Shown piece by piece: positions 18,204 to 28,994 of a stretch of 64,000 bases of DNA. Position numbers and translations under genes: made by a program. This DNA comes from Candidatus Nanohaloarchaea archaeon. Its GTDB lineage: Archaea > Nanohalarchaeota > Nanosalinia > Nanosalinales > Nanosalinaceae. The DNA lies in NCBI GenBank assembly GCA_014297435.1, contig JACOQA010000002.1:1-64000 (forward strand). Reading direction: 5' to 3'. The notes beneath the pieces are model-generated. The model saw only the letters and a list, made by a program, of their open reading frames with translations, was not told where the DNA came from and made no database searches. Position 1 is the stretch's first letter. Each line of letters opens with the position of its first letter.

Positions 18204-19274
18204 ATGGATCGAATCAAAGAACTGATAGAAACCTCACGCGAGGTAATAAAGGACTGCCAGGTTGAAAATGGCGCCATAGTGGCAGCCAATTCGGACAAAG
18301 AATACTACCCTGAAAACGTTTCGAACTATCGCTTTGTCTGGCCACGTGACGCAGCCTTTGTTATCTACGCTGAGAAGCTTCTGGGAATGGAAGAGCTGGA
18401 AAATGAGTTTATTGAGTGGCTTCACGATAGAGCGGAAGGATTTTCCGACTCAGGACTGATATTCCATCGCTACGCTACGAACGGTCCTAGAGACACGGAC
18501 TTCGGACACCAGTATCAACCCGATCAGGCAGCAGCACTTCTCTGGTCAATACTTGAAACACACGAAGAGCTTAATGAAAAAATGAGTGAGACTGTACATC
18601 TTCTGGCTGACGGTCTCTGGAGCCAGTGGCACCAAGATCACTTCCATCAGGATACACACGACCTATGGGAGGAAAGAGCTGCTTATCATGATAAGAAGGA
18701 GAACTTCACCTATACTTTAGCAGCCTGTTCTAAATCTTTGTTCATGGCTGCAGAAAGGTTTGATGAGGAAAAGTGGAGGAAAACCGCGGAAGAAATGCAG
18801 GCAAGACTCAACCAACACGGCGAAGAATACTACTACCGTTCATATGGAGAGGTTTCCGATGAGTCTATAGATGCATCAGTTTTGGGACTTGTTTGGCCTT
18901 TCAATATAGTTGAGAAGGATAAAATGCTGGAAAATTCGATCAATATGGTTGAAGAAAATTTGATGAATATAAATGGCGTGATGCGTTACGAAGGTGATAT
19001 GTACGATGGTATTATACACCACACAGAGCATCTTGACAAAGGTGCTGGCGCTTGGCCTCTTCTAAGTTTCTGGCACGTTATAGCGCTCTCAAAAATGGGT
19101 GAAAGAGATCGTGCTGAAGCATTGTTCCATGATCAGATCGAGAAGATAGATGGCGATTATATTCCAGAGCAAATTTTTGAGGATGACAGAGAAGGTATTG
19201 AACCTCTGGCTTGGTCGCATGCTATGTTTGTTATCGCTGCCGACGAGCTAGGATACTTGGAGACGGAAGACTAA
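18204..19274 (+). CDS. Glucoamylase-like glycoside hydrolase (GH15)
   Basis: GAIVAA, Y.FVWPRDA, QPDQ, DLWEE, IDAS, RYEGD.Y, IPEQ, PLAWSHAMF. Confidence 0.9.
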   Translation: MDRIKELIETSREVIKDCQVENGAIVAANSDKEYYPENVSNYRFVWPRDAAFVIYAEKLLGMEELENEFIEWLHDRAEGFSDSGLIFHRYATNGPRDTDFGHQYQPDQAAALLWSILETHEELNEKMSETVHLLADGLWSQWHQDHFHQDTHDLWEERAAYHDKKENFTYTLAACSKSLFMAAERFDEEKWRKTAEEMQARLNQHGEEYYYRSYGEVSDESIDASVLGLVWPFNIVEKDKMLENSINMVEENLMNINGVMRYEGDMYDGIIHHTEHLDKGAGAWPLLSFWHVIALSKMGERDRAEALFHDQIEKIDGDYIPEQIFEDDREGIEPLAWSHAMFVIAADELGYLETED

Positions 19275-20420
19275 CTATTCAGTAGCACTTCTGTAAATGC
19301 CTGTAGTCCAACCTGCTATCTGTTCCCATCGGAAGTTGTCCTCTACTCTTTCTCGAGCATTATCGCCCATCCAGTCATTCCAGCCAGGATCATTCAAAGC
19401 ACGATTGACCTGGTAAGCAATTGAACCAGAGTCTTCAGGATAAGTATGAAGCCCGGTATATTCGTGTACGATCGTGTCCTTCATTCCCCCCGTATAGCTT
19501 CCTACAGTGGATGTTTCACAGGCTGCAGCCTCAAGGGGCACAATACCGAACGGCTCATAAACCGATGGCGTTACCATCATCTCAGCATTCTTCATCAAAG
19601 CAATCAGCTCTTCATCAGAAACATAACCAGGGAAGTGAACTTTTTCACCAACCTTTGATTTGGCGATACCTTTGTAGTGTTCCGTAGCTCCAGAACCACA
19701 CATCACGAACTTTGCTTCAGGTCTTGAATCGAGTATCTCCGGCATCGCCTCTATTAGGTGCCCTGGACCTTTTTGAGGGTACATCCGCCCAACGAATAGC
19801 ACAATATTTTCCCAGTCGAGCGCGTAATTTCCTCTGTTCAAGCTTTGAGAATGATTGTCGAACTTTTCCAGATCCACTCCATTAGGAATATAGTTTACCT
19901 TTTCATCCGGAACATCGAAAGTGCTTTTTACCTCGTCCGAGAACTCTCTGCCTACCGTAATAACTTCTTCAGCTTCGTAGGTCCCGTACCATTCTAGGTT
20001 ATGTTTTGTTTTCTGGTAATCTCCTTCTAAGGTACCATCTCTTCCTTTCGTGGTTGAATGGACTGTGAACACCATCGGAACGTCTAGTGTCTTCTTTACT
20101 CCGATCGCTCCTGGAACTGTCATCCAGTCATGACCGTGGACTAGGTCAATATCTTCTTTCTTGTGGATCTCAATAGCTTTCTTTTCCATCTCGTGGGAGA
20201 AACGCATCGCCCATGAAAGCGTATCGGGCGCAGAAACATTTGTGTTAACTCTGACTATTTTTACGCCGTCACGGTGCTCGACTTTTTCTTCTTCGCCTCT
20301 GGTGACGACTATAGGTTCGTGTCCCTGTGCTGCGAGCGTTGTCGCGAGATCTTCACAGTGTGCCGCTATCCCACCTGCCTTGTATGGCGGATATTCCCAG
20401 GTGAGAAATAGCGGCTTCAT
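19275..20420 (-). CDS. GT4 glycosyltransferase
   Basis: WEYPP..AGG, HGHDW, HST, VGR..QKG, YEPFGIVPLEA. Confidence 0.9.
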   Translation of the reverse strand: MKPLFLTWEYPPYKAGGIAAHCEDLATTLAAQGHEPIVVTRGEEEKVEHRDGVKIVRVNTNVSAPDTLSWAMRFSHEMEKKAIEIHKKEDIDLVHGHDWMTVPGAIGVKKTLDVPMVFTVHSTTKGRDGTLEGDYQKTKHNLEWYGTYEAEEVITVGREFSDEVKSTFDVPDEKVNYIPNGVDLEKFDNHSQSLNRGNYALDWENIVLFVGRMYPQKGPGHLIEAMPEILDSRPEAKFVMCGSGATEHYKGIAKSKVGEKVHFPGYVSDEELIALMKNAEMMVTPSVYEPFGIVPLEAAACETSTVGSYTGGMKDTIVHEYTGLHTYPEDSGSIAYQVNRALNDPGWNDWMGDNARERVEDNFRWEQIAGWTTGIYRSATE

Positions 20421-20422
20421 TT

Positions 20423-21028
20423 TCAGTGCTTGACCTCCTTCTTATTTCGAATAATACCCTTATACCTGTTTAAAACTGTTCCTTCCCATCCATCTCCAAA
20501 GGGGTTTACCTGTTCGAGTTTCTCATCAGGAACATCCAGATCAAAAATAGCCGAGTTACGGGTCTCATCCCGAGTCACGAAAACAATATCAGACTCATAT
20601 CCGCCTTGCCATTCAAGCTCCGAGATCATCTCAGCGTGATCTCCCTCAAAACCTCGCTCATTCTCCGTCGAGTGTAGAGTTAAGACAAGAGGTTTCTCTG
20701 CCTTCTTCGAAACTGCGGTACCTGCAGGGATAGTAGTCCAGTCATTCGCATGGATTAAATCAAACTCCTCCTCTTCAAGTAATGCGACAGCCTTCTCCTT
20801 CAACTGGTTATTCATCATAAGACTCCAGTTGTAAAGATTGTCGCCCTCAAAGTGCAGAGGCATCCTAGAAACCTCAACCCGGTCATCGATCGAATAGTAA
20901 GAACCGTCATCAAAAGAAATAATATGAGCTTCATGACCTTTGTTAACCAGGAATTCAGCTATAGACTTGATATGTTCCGAAATTCCTTCACCATCCCTGA
21001 AACTTTTCGAGAGCAAGGCTACCTTCAT
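20423..21028 (-). CDS. GT4 N-terminal-domain-only protein
   Basis: HANDW, LHSTENERG, LEWQG; ends after about 200 aa without the EPFG domain. Confidence 0.75.
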   Translation of the reverse strand: MKVALLSKSFRDGEGISEHIKSIAEFLVNKGHEAHIISFDDGSYYSIDDRVEVSRMPLHFEGDNLYNWSLMMNNQLKEKAVALLEEEEFDLIHANDWTTIPAGTAVSKKAEKPLVLTLHSTENERGFEGDHAEMISELEWQGGYESDIVFVTRDETRNSAIFDLDVPDEKLEQVNPFGDGWEGTVLNRYKGIIRNKKEVKH

Positions 21029-22197
21029 TCAAACCTCTCCTCGAACCCTATCTGCTTTGACTTTTCTACATCAGGCTGATTAAACGGATCAACATCTCTC
21101 AGCCAGGCCGAGTAAACAGCTATATACTGCATGAAACCCACAAGCATACCTAAAGTTTTATGCGAGACATCAGTCAAATTGATAGTTATGTTTGGCATAT
21201 CTGCCTCATCCATAGCATCTTTAACGCCCTGATACTCAGATTTAAGCGACTCACTTAGCTCAATCCCGTCAAGATCCTTTAACTTTCTGTCTCTCAACTC
21301 GATATTCTTCAGGTCTTGTGGAACATCTATTGTCTGCATCTCGTGAGCATCAGTTCTGAAGAACATCGTTGCCACGTTTTCATCTCCGCCGAAAACTCTC
21401 TGATTGGTGTGATGCTGGCACTCAGGACCCATGTCACCGTAGAAAGTCTGTCCTTCGCCCTCCTTACAGACTGTTTCGTGCATCAACTGGACGAAAAGAG
21501 GGTAGAATCCAAAGAGTCTTGAAGAGTAGAAAGGTGTGAAGACTTGGTCGAAACCTTTTTTCTCCGAATCGTATAACGCCGATGCTACGTTTAGAGCCGG
21601 GTTATACTTGTTTTCAGGGGAAAGTTTCTCGTATATCTCTTCCCCGCCCTCTCTTATTTCGTGAACATCTATTCCTGCAAATGCTGCGGGCACTAATGCA
21701 GTTTCTGTTAAACCGGAGAATCTTCCTCCTACATCAGGGTGTTCGATCCAGTCAAAATCTCTTTCCTCAATGATATTTCTTAATGCGCCGTCATTATCCG
21801 AAGTTACGGGGAAAAGTTCGTAACCATGATCCATGAAGAAAAGAGATGCTTCGATTACACCTGCAGTTTCGCCAGACTTGCTTATAGGCATTATAAGCGT
21901 TTCTTCCTCATCCAGCTCTCTTTTCAGAGTGTTGAGATAGTCTGGATCCATAGTAGTTACGAGCCGGACGTTTTTCTCCGCTTCTCTAAGAAAAGCGTAC
22001 AAGTAAGCCCGGAAACTGGTTATTGAACCGCCGTTACCTATAACCACAAGGTTCTCGTATTCTTTTTGATCTCTCTTCTCGATTATGTTTTCGATATCGG
22101 GTTCGTATTCTGCAAAGTCTGGTTTTTGTTTCCTCGGAAGTTTCTGAACTGAACGTGTTTTCTCGTTTACGTGATCTATCTCGATCTGTATGGACAT
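21025..22197 (-). CDS. pgi: Glucose-6-phosphate isomerase (SIS fold)
   Basis: GNGGS, SKSGET, VGGRFSGL, DPFNQPDVEKSK. Confidence 0.88.
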   Translation of the reverse strand: MSIQIEIDHVNEKTRSVQKLPRKQKPDFAEYEPDIENIIEKRDQKEYENLVVIGNGGSITSFRAYLYAFLREAEKNVRLVTTMDPDYLNTLKRELDEEETLIMPISKSGETAGVIEASLFFMDHGYELFPVTSDNDGALRNIIEERDFDWIEHPDVGGRFSGLTETALVPAAFAGIDVHEIREGGEEIYEKLSPENKYNPALNVASALYDSEKKGFDQVFTPFYSSRLFGFYPLFVQLMHETVCKEGEGQTFYGDMGPECQHHTNQRVFGGDENVATMFFRTDAHEMQTIDVPQDLKNIELRDRKLKDLDGIELSESLKSEYQGVKDAMDEADMPNITINLTDVSHKTLGMLVGFMQYIAVYSAWLRDVDPFNQPDVEKSKQIGFEERFE

Positions 22198-22200
22198 TCT

Positions 22201-23940
22201 CTATTCACCTAGTGCCTTGCTGTGAGCTTCAAAGTAGTTTTCTGCCAACTTATTCCATGATGTAAGCTGTGCAAGTTTTCTTGCGTTGTGCTTCCTCTCC
22301 GTAATCTCAGTCTTTTCATATGAGACAAAATCATCTAGCATCTGGGCTAAATCCTCTGATACCTCTTCATCCTCTCTCCCGGCGCGTTCAAGAACTTTGA
22401 TCCCTTTTCTCTCCTCTTCTACCGAGTTTTCTTTCAAGTACTTTCCGAAACCTGCCATGTCTGTCGTTATAGAAAGGGCTCCGTTTGCTGCCGTCTCTAC
22501 AGGAGTGTATCCCCAGGGCTCGTAGTAGCTCGGGAAGATACCTGCGCTTGAGGCAACCATGAAGTCGTTGTAGTCCATTGAGAGAAGTCTATCGCCTACT
22601 GATAGGTAGGTAGGGTAGAAAACTACTTTGACTCTGTCCTCTTCTCGGTTTCGTAATCCTTTCTCCCATAGTGTTTCTAGTATTTCGTCTTCGGCATAGT
22701 TTAGTTCGAATGCTGATAGAGGCGGTCTACCCTCTTTAGCCATGAAGTTTTTCCTCAAGGAGTCTAACGTGGCAGAGTTATCGCTGAAGATTTCTTCCAG
22801 CTCATCGACTACTTTGTCACCGGAAGTTAGAGTATCTAGCATCCTGGATCGGACTTCTGGGAGAACGCTCTCTATGTAGTCATCAAGTTCGTCATAGAGC
22901 GAGACGTTTTCGAGAATTTCTTTGTTTGGTCCCTTAGTATCTGTAGGGACTAGTATGAATACGAAGAAGTCTTCTCCTTCCTGCTGGTTAAGTTTTGAAA
23001 GCGCATCTATGAAGACGTCTACACCCTTGTTCCTGAATTCGTATCTTCCGGACGTAAAAAGTATTCTCGGGTCATTTTCAAGATCTACGTCGTAATAAGG
23101 CTTGAAGTATGCTCTCAGGAATTCTTTGACATTTTGTTTCTTTTTCTTGTGTTCGTAAGATAGTTCTTCTAGACTAGGGAAGTCTTCAACGTTGAATCCA
23201 TTTGGAAGTATAACATCAGGCTTAGTTTCTAGTACTGCTTCAGCTTCCCTTCCTGTATTCTGGCTTACAGTGGTGAAGACATCTGCTTCACTTGCCGAAG
23301 TTTTCTCCATCTGGTGCTTGCACTTTACGCCGTGCTGTTCAGCTCTTGATTGATCTATATTTCCTTCTTCCACGGCAGATTCTAGATCGTAATCGGAGTT
23401 TGATAGAACTCTTCCGAGGAACGTCGCGTGTGTTGTGAAGACCGAAGGCAGATCGTTATTCAGTATTGCGGGTCCTGAAAGCCATTCATGGGCTTGGACG
23501 ACAGTTTCTCCCTCCATGTTTTCCGCAAGTTTTTCCACGACTTTTCCTACTGCATAGCTCCATTTGACAGGCTCATCAAAGTCATGCCCGGCATTCATGG
23601 AGTCTATTCCGTGTTCTTCCCATAGTTCTTGTTTTATTTCTTCAATATCTTTTTCCATGCCCGAAGGATCTACGAGAATACATCTTGGCGAGCCTGGTAC
23701 ATTCCATACGCCGCAGTGGATTTCGATACCCTCTAGATCTGTTAGGTTTTCTGCGAACTGCGGGCATTCTCGAGGCACGAATTCGCTGTTATCGGATTCG
23801 GGGTCGTAACGTCCTATTGCGACGTAGTTTTCGCCGTACTGCTGTTTCATTTTGCCGGCTTTGGATTTGAGCACTTGGTGGATGCCCCCTACCTTGTTTG
23901 CGACCTCGAACGAGACCTCGAGAAAGTTGTCGGGCTGCAT
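22201..23940 (-). CDS. Glycogen synthase, GT3 family
   Basis: EVSFEVANKVGGI, AHEWL, TTHAT.LGR, SGRYEFRNKG.D, FPSYYEPWGYTP; ATG 23940. Confidence 0.92.
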   Translation of the reverse strand: MQPDNFLEVSFEVANKVGGIHQVLKSKAGKMKQQYGENYVAIGRYDPESDNSEFVPRECPQFAENLTDLEGIEIHCGVWNVPGSPRCILVDPSGMEKDIEEIKQELWEEHGIDSMNAGHDFDEPVKWSYAVGKVVEKLAENMEGETVVQAHEWLSGPAILNNDLPSVFTTHATFLGRVLSNSDYDLESAVEEGNIDQSRAEQHGVKCKHQMEKTSASEADVFTTVSQNTGREAEAVLETKPDVILPNGFNVEDFPSLEELSYEHKKKKQNVKEFLRAYFKPYYDVDLENDPRILFTSGRYEFRNKGVDVFIDALSKLNQQEGEDFFVFILVPTDTKGPNKEILENVSLYDELDDYIESVLPEVRSRMLDTLTSGDKVVDELEEIFSDNSATLDSLRKNFMAKEGRPPLSAFELNYAEDEILETLWEKGLRNREEDRVKVVFYPTYLSVGDRLLSMDYNDFMVASSAGIFPSYYEPWGYTPVETAANGALSITTDMAGFGKYLKENSVEEERKGIKVLERAGREDEEVSEDLAQMLDDFVSYEKTEITERKHNARKLAQLTSWNKLAENYFEAHSKALGE

Positions 23941-24044
23941 GGAAACGATTGCGGAAGATTGGTATAAAAACTCCGTACACCTTTCTTTTGCCACTGAAGA
24001 GTTAAAATAAGGTCTTTTTAGTCGAACCAGGACAAGTTGAGCGT

Positions 24045-25769
24045 ATGAAGTACACCTTGGAACAAAACCTTGACTCCCGAAAAGGCGTGGCATCCAACCT
24101 CCACGGATTCATAGAACGCTACATGGACACCGGTTTCAAATCAAAATGGTCAGGCTACTGGTCTCCGCCCTACAAATTTCTCGATTATTACGCTTTCAAA
24201 CTGAACGGGGTATGGCTCGGACCAGAAACCTTAAACGCTACTGAATACGGTGAATCATTTGCATACCACCACGAAACAGATTCATTACAGATAAGAGAGA
24301 ACTTGAAGCTCCCTGAATCTCATCCAGGATTCAAAGTAGAGCTAAAAATACAGAACAGAACCGAAGAAAAGAAGGCAGTCCAGATAGGACTCGAACTAGG
24401 TCTCGATATAAGAAGAAAAGATCAAGATATCGGTCCAGAAGACTATAATATAGAGAAAAATTCAGGTCGAGTAACATTTTCTTCTGACGACAAAAAACTT
24501 GTTTTGAGCACGAAAGATGAAGTTAAGATCGAAGGCAACAAACACGTCAAGGAACACTATCCTGACGATAGACAGAGAGCGGTCGTCCCAGGACAGCTAA
24601 CAATAAGGAAAGAACTTGAGCCGAACGGTTCGAAAACCCTAGAACTTGATTTCTCAACCACGGAAGTAAGCTTCGGAAAACTCGATGGAACCGATTCAAG
24701 AATGGAGGGAGATCTATCCAGGTGCTTCAACTACTGTATAGATAGCATGGAGAATCTTGTATACGACAGGGAGGGAAAAGGAATTATCGCCGGACACCCA
24801 TGGTTTCAGAGCTACTGGGCGCGTGACAGCCTGATTTCTGTCTTGGGACTTGTGGATGCCGGTCATTTCGAACTTTCACGTGAGATACTGGAAAACTTTG
24901 CTGAAGAGAATCTAACCGGCAAAATAAACCTCGATGGAACTACAGAGAAGACAGGGAGAGAGGACCATTACCCCCTATACATCTTAACCTCTGAAAAACT
25001 AAAGAACCACGACAGCATCTCTAAAAAAATTGAGGAAGCTAGAAAAGAGGCGATGAAAAATTTGGATATCAAAAATGGTGTCGTGCAACATGATCCTTCC
25101 GGCACCTGGATGGATACGATAGAGCGAGAGGAAGCAATCGATATACAATCCCTTTGGTTAGAAGCTGCCGACATCATGGACGACTACCGAGTTAAAGAAC
25201 TTGAGAAAGGAATGAAGAATTTTGTAAAGGAAGATAAAGTAGTTGACGAGCTAGGGGAACCTAAAAACACTTTTAACGTCATTGTGCCTGTAATATTTGG
25301 ACACTTTGATGATAAAGTGGCGCAAAAAGTTATGGAACGTATTAACGGAGAGTTCATCTCACAGTATGGAATGAGGACGCGTTCAGCTATGGATCCAGGC
25401 TACGAATCAGACGGATATCACACCGGCAGCGTCTGGGGTCTAACAACAGCCCTAGGCGCCGCAGCAAACTTCAAAGTAGGAAACAACACACAAGGTCTGA
25501 ATCTGTTGAAGAAGATGGAGAAATTCCTTGACCAGAACCAGGTCGGCGCACTGCCCGAAGTGGTTGATGCAGAGACCGGAGAGTCACTAGGTTGTTCCGA
25601 GCAAGCTTGGAGTGCAGCCATGTTCGTTCATGCTATAGATTCCTACCTTCTAGATGAGAAAGATGGCGTTCCTCAAAGCTTCTCAGCGAAGAGAACGAAC
25701 AAAAGAATAGATGGCGAAAAACTCGAGATAACTTCTTCGGAAGGCGAAATAAACGTAGAGGAAATGTAA
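24045..25769 (+). CDS. Amylo-alpha-1,6-glucosidase (glycogen debranching enzyme)
   Basis: IAGHPWF..WARD, TWMD, YHTGSVW, LPEV, GC.EQAWS. Confidence 0.88.
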   Translation: MKYTLEQNLDSRKGVASNLHGFIERYMDTGFKSKWSGYWSPPYKFLDYYAFKLNGVWLGPETLNATEYGESFAYHHETDSLQIRENLKLPESHPGFKVELKIQNRTEEKKAVQIGLELGLDIRRKDQDIGPEDYNIEKNSGRVTFSSDDKKLVLSTKDEVKIEGNKHVKEHYPDDRQRAVVPGQLTIRKELEPNGSKTLELDFSTTEVSFGKLDGTDSRMEGDLSRCFNYCIDSMENLVYDREGKGIIAGHPWFQSYWARDSLISVLGLVDAGHFELSREILENFAEENLTGKINLDGTTEKTGREDHYPLYILTSEKLKNHDSISKKIEEARKEAMKNLDIKNGVVQHDPSGTWMDTIEREEAIDIQSLWLEAADIMDDYRVKELEKGMKNFVKEDKVVDELGEPKNTFNVIVPVIFGHFDDKVAQKVMERINGEFISQYGMRTRSAMDPGYESDGYHTGSVWGLTTALGAAANFKVGNNTQGLNLLKKMEKFLDQNQVGALPEVVDAETGESLGCSEQAWSAAMFVHAIDSYLLDEKDGVPQSFSAKRTNKRIDGEKLEITSSEGEINVEEM

Positions 25770-25771
25770 AA

Positions 25772-26404
25772 ATGATAATTGTTAACCTGAAAGCTTATGA
25801 TCGAGCTATCGGTAAAGGAGCTAGAGAAGTTGCGGAAATCTGCGGAAAAGCGATGAAGGAATCCGGTGAAGAGGTTATAGTTGCGCCTTCTCCCGAGGAC
25901 ATACCAAGAGTTAGTCATACTGACGCCGAAACATTTGCACAACATATTGACCCGGTAGAACCAGGAAGCAAAACCGGTTCAGTTCTAGCTAAGGGCGTTA
26001 AAGAGGCTGGGGCTTCCGGCACACTCATCAACCATTCAGAGAGGAGAATCGAAGAGGTTGGGAAAGCAGTACAGAAGGCTAGAGACCAAGAACTAACCTC
26101 CGTAGTCTGTGCTCAGACGCCCAGAGAGTGTGAAAAACTCTCAGAGTACCGTCCAGACTATATTGCTTTCGAACCACCTCAGCTGATAGGCGGCGATGTC
26201 TCTGTATCTTCAGCCAAACCCGAAATGATAGAAGAAGCCGTAGAGAGAAGTGAAGTACCGGTTTTAACCGGTGCGGGAATTAAAGATCAAAAAGACGTGG
26301 AGAAAAGTATTGAGCTTGGATGCGAAGGAGTTCTAGTTGCGTCAGGCGTTGTAAAAGCAGAAGATGTTTATGAGGAAGTGATGGATCTTTGCAGAGGGCT
26401 CTAA
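25772..26404 (+). CDS. tpiA: Triosephosphate isomerase, archaeal type
   Basis: VNLKAY, AQHID, LINHSERR, AFEPP, GAGI, LVASGV. Confidence 0.95.
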   Translation: MIIVNLKAYDRAIGKGAREVAEICGKAMKESGEEVIVAPSPEDIPRVSHTDAETFAQHIDPVEPGSKTGSVLAKGVKEAGASGTLINHSERRIEEVGKAVQKARDQELTSVVCAQTPRECEKLSEYRPDYIAFEPPQLIGGDVSVSSAKPEMIEEAVERSEVPVLTGAGIKDQKDVEKSIELGCEGVLVASGVVKAEDVYEEVMDLCRGL

Positions 26405-27666
26405 AAGGAGAATGGTTAGATAAATACAATGAAATAGACTCAGAGAGGATAGAAAATACCATAGTTCTGACAGCTTACAACGCCAACATTGATGTTATCT
26501 CGCGTGTAGAGGATCTAAATCTGGAGATTTCAGAGGTTAATCCAAAGTTACACGAAAAGATTAATACGAAAGCACAGTTAGAACAGGCGTTAAAGTACTG
26601 TATGGAAAACGAGGAAAACCATGAAATCGACAAAGGAAGCTTGGAATACGAACCAGAAGGCGATGCAAGAATCGGAGGACAAGCCGGAATAGTCGCCAAT
26701 CTTCTATCTAGAATAGGCAGCAAACCTATATTCTACACCCCTCTGCTCTCAGAAGAGCTCACATCAGTCCTAGATAATGAAGTAAGCTATCCTAAAACAG
26801 GAAAAAACCGTATAATCGAAGAGAAAGTGAATGAATGTGCTAACTCGACACGGACAAAAAAGAACCTTATCTTTGAGTTCCAGTCAGGTAGAACAGGCAG
26901 ACTAATACTTTCAGATACCTTAAAGGGTTTTGGACCTTATTTTAACTCCGATCTAGAGGATAATATCAGCGAACTAGACGCTAAGATCGACTGTGGATTT
27001 CTATCCGGTTTTCACAATGTTACAGGAAATAAAGAATCAAAGATAAAGAAGTCGGAGCGCCAACTAAAAGCAATTGAATCTCCCTTGCATCTTGAGTTCG
27101 CTTACAAAGGCAAAGAAATAGCTGAACTAATGTTAGATTTTATAGTGCCTGAAGTTGATAGTATAGGAGTTGATGAAAACGAGATACACAAAATACTTGA
27201 AATAAAAGATATTGAGGCAAGTGAAGACCTCGATCTGGTTGAAGGATTCGAAAAATGCTCTCAGCTATTAGAAAAACTAAACATATCAAGAATCCACTTC
27301 CACGGCTTCAGTTACCACCTCATAGTTGCCGAGGAAGGCTACAGTTTGGAAAGCAGCAAGATCCGCGATTCAATGCTTTTGGGTGAAATGACAGCTATAC
27401 AGGAGGCTGAAACCGGAAAAATACCTTCAAAACGGACTTTGGAGAAGTTCGACTCCCAAGATGAGAATTTGTCTTTGAAAGGGATAGAGCAGCTTTCAAA
27501 GTTTGAAGAGGTACACGATATCGAGAAATTTGGTAGTAAGGGTTTTGCCGAGATTGAAGGGAAGAAAGTGGCAGCCATTCCAATCCTGATACATCAAGAT
27601 CCGGAAAAAACTGTAGGGATGGGAGATATTATCTCCGCCACCACCTTTACATCCGAGAACTCCTAA
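26389..27666 (+). CDS. ADP-dependent glucokinase/phosphofructokinase
   Basis: YNANID, RIGGQAGI.AN, HLEFA, SIGVDENE, TVGMGDIISA; start position uncertain. Confidence 0.88.
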   Translation: MQRALKGEWLDKYNEIDSERIENTIVLTAYNANIDVISRVEDLNLEISEVNPKLHEKINTKAQLEQALKYCMENEENHEIDKGSLEYEPEGDARIGGQAGIVANLLSRIGSKPIFYTPLLSEELTSVLDNEVSYPKTGKNRIIEEKVNECANSTRTKKNLIFEFQSGRTGRLILSDTLKGFGPYFNSDLEDNISELDAKIDCGFLSGFHNVTGNKESKIKKSERQLKAIESPLHLEFAYKGKEIAELMLDFIVPEVDSIGVDENEIHKILEIKDIEASEDLDLVEGFEKCSQLLEKLNISRIHFHGFSYHLIVAEEGYSLESSKIRDSMLLGEMTAIQEAETGKIPSKRTLEKFDSQDENLSLKGIEQLSKFEEVHDIEKFGSKGFAEIEGKKVAAIPILIHQDPEKTVGMGDIISATTFTSENS

Positions 27667-28994
27667 CCAGCTTCTTCAATAAATTCTCTCACGTTATTTT
27701 CAACCTCTTCAAGAAGCCTTTCCACATCTTCTTCTGTGTCTGCCTCAACCCTTACTGACATCTTTTCTTCAGTGCTTGAAGGTCTGATTAATGCCCAGCC
27801 CTTTTCGAACCCTACTTTTACACCGTCCACGGTTGAAAGATCATGGTCGGAATACTCGAGTTTCATCTGTTCTATTACAGGCTGTTTCGCCCCTTCAGGA
27901 CAGTCGATTCTTAACTCGGGAGAAACCGGATAATCAGGATAATCTTCCAGTTTCTGCTTTAAGTCTGCCTCGGAAGCAATTTTACACATCAAGGCTGCTG
28001 CAAAGAGACCGTCGTCCCACGGAAAACCGTATGTAGGGAAGTAGAAGTGTCCTGATAGCTCTCCTGCGAATACTATGGATTCGTCCTCGTGGATTTCTTC
28101 GGAGAAAAAGGTATGTCCTACACGAGTAACTATTGGTTCGCCTCCGTTCTCCTCTACAATTTCGGGCACTAGCTTCGAAGCTCTCAAGTCATGGAGGATT
28201 TTTCCTTCTCTTTTCCTGAGAGATTCTTCTGAGTAAAGCGCTATTAGCTCATCTCCTTCTATGTGACCGCGATCCGGAACTATGAAACCTGCCCGGTCGC
28301 CATCGCCGTCGAAAATTATTCCTAGATCTTCATCCTCCATCTCCTCTTTAAGGGCTTCTCTAGCCTCTTCCTGCGTCGGATCAGGCAAGTGGTTTGGAAA
28401 GTCGCCATCTATCTCTTTGTTTACAGAATTAACGTTGCAGCCTATCTCTTCCAGCATTTCTCTTCCAAGAACCGAAGTAACCGCGTTACCAAAGTTAACC
28501 GCGACATCTAACCCCTCAACACCTATTTTTTCCGAAACTGCGTTAATGTAATCCTGTTTTACGTCTATCTCTCTGTAATCTCCTTCGCCGGTTTCAAAGG
28601 ATTCTGACTTATAGAGAGCCTGTATCTGTTTCATGCCCCCGCTTCTGGACATCGCCTTCGCATTCTTCTTGCAGAATTTGAATCCTGTGTACTCTGGAGG
28701 GTTGTGTGAGGCAGTTACTACTGCAGCTGATTTAATTCCGCGGTCACATTGGGCGAAGTAAACTACGGGCGATGGAACCATTCCAACGGAAACGACATCG
28801 GTTCCTGTCGATCTTATCCCCTTCACAAATGCTTCAGTTATTTTTTCTGAATGTTTTCTTCCATCTCGCCCAATAAGTACTTCTTCAGCATCAGTAAAGC
28901 TTCCGTACGCCTTACCGATTTTTTCTGCTTCTTCGACACCTATCTCGGAAGGATGTTTTCCTCTGAGATCGTAGGTATGGAAGAAGGAGGTCAT
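27663..28994 (-). CDS. Phosphoglucomutase/phosphomannomutase
   Basis: YDLRG, TASHNPPEY, FDGDGDR, GELSGH, RPSSTE. Confidence 0.95.
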   Translation of the reverse strand: MTSFFHTYDLRGKHPSEIGVEEAEKIGKAYGSFTDAEEVLIGRDGRKHSEKITEAFVKGIRSTGTDVVSVGMVPSPVVYFAQCDRGIKSAAVVTASHNPPEYTGFKFCKKNAKAMSRSGGMKQIQALYKSESFETGEGDYREIDVKQDYINAVSEKIGVEGLDVAVNFGNAVTSVLGREMLEEIGCNVNSVNKEIDGDFPNHLPDPTQEEAREALKEEMEDEDLGIIFDGDGDRAGFIVPDRGHIEGDELIALYSEESLRKREGKILHDLRASKLVPEIVEENGGEPIVTRVGHTFFSEEIHEDESIVFAGELSGHFYFPTYGFPWDDGLFAAALMCKIASEADLKQKLEDYPDYPVSPELRIDCPEGAKQPVIEQMKLEYSDHDLSTVDGVKVGFEKGWALIRPSSTEEKMSVRVEADTEEDVERLLEEVENNVREFIEEAG

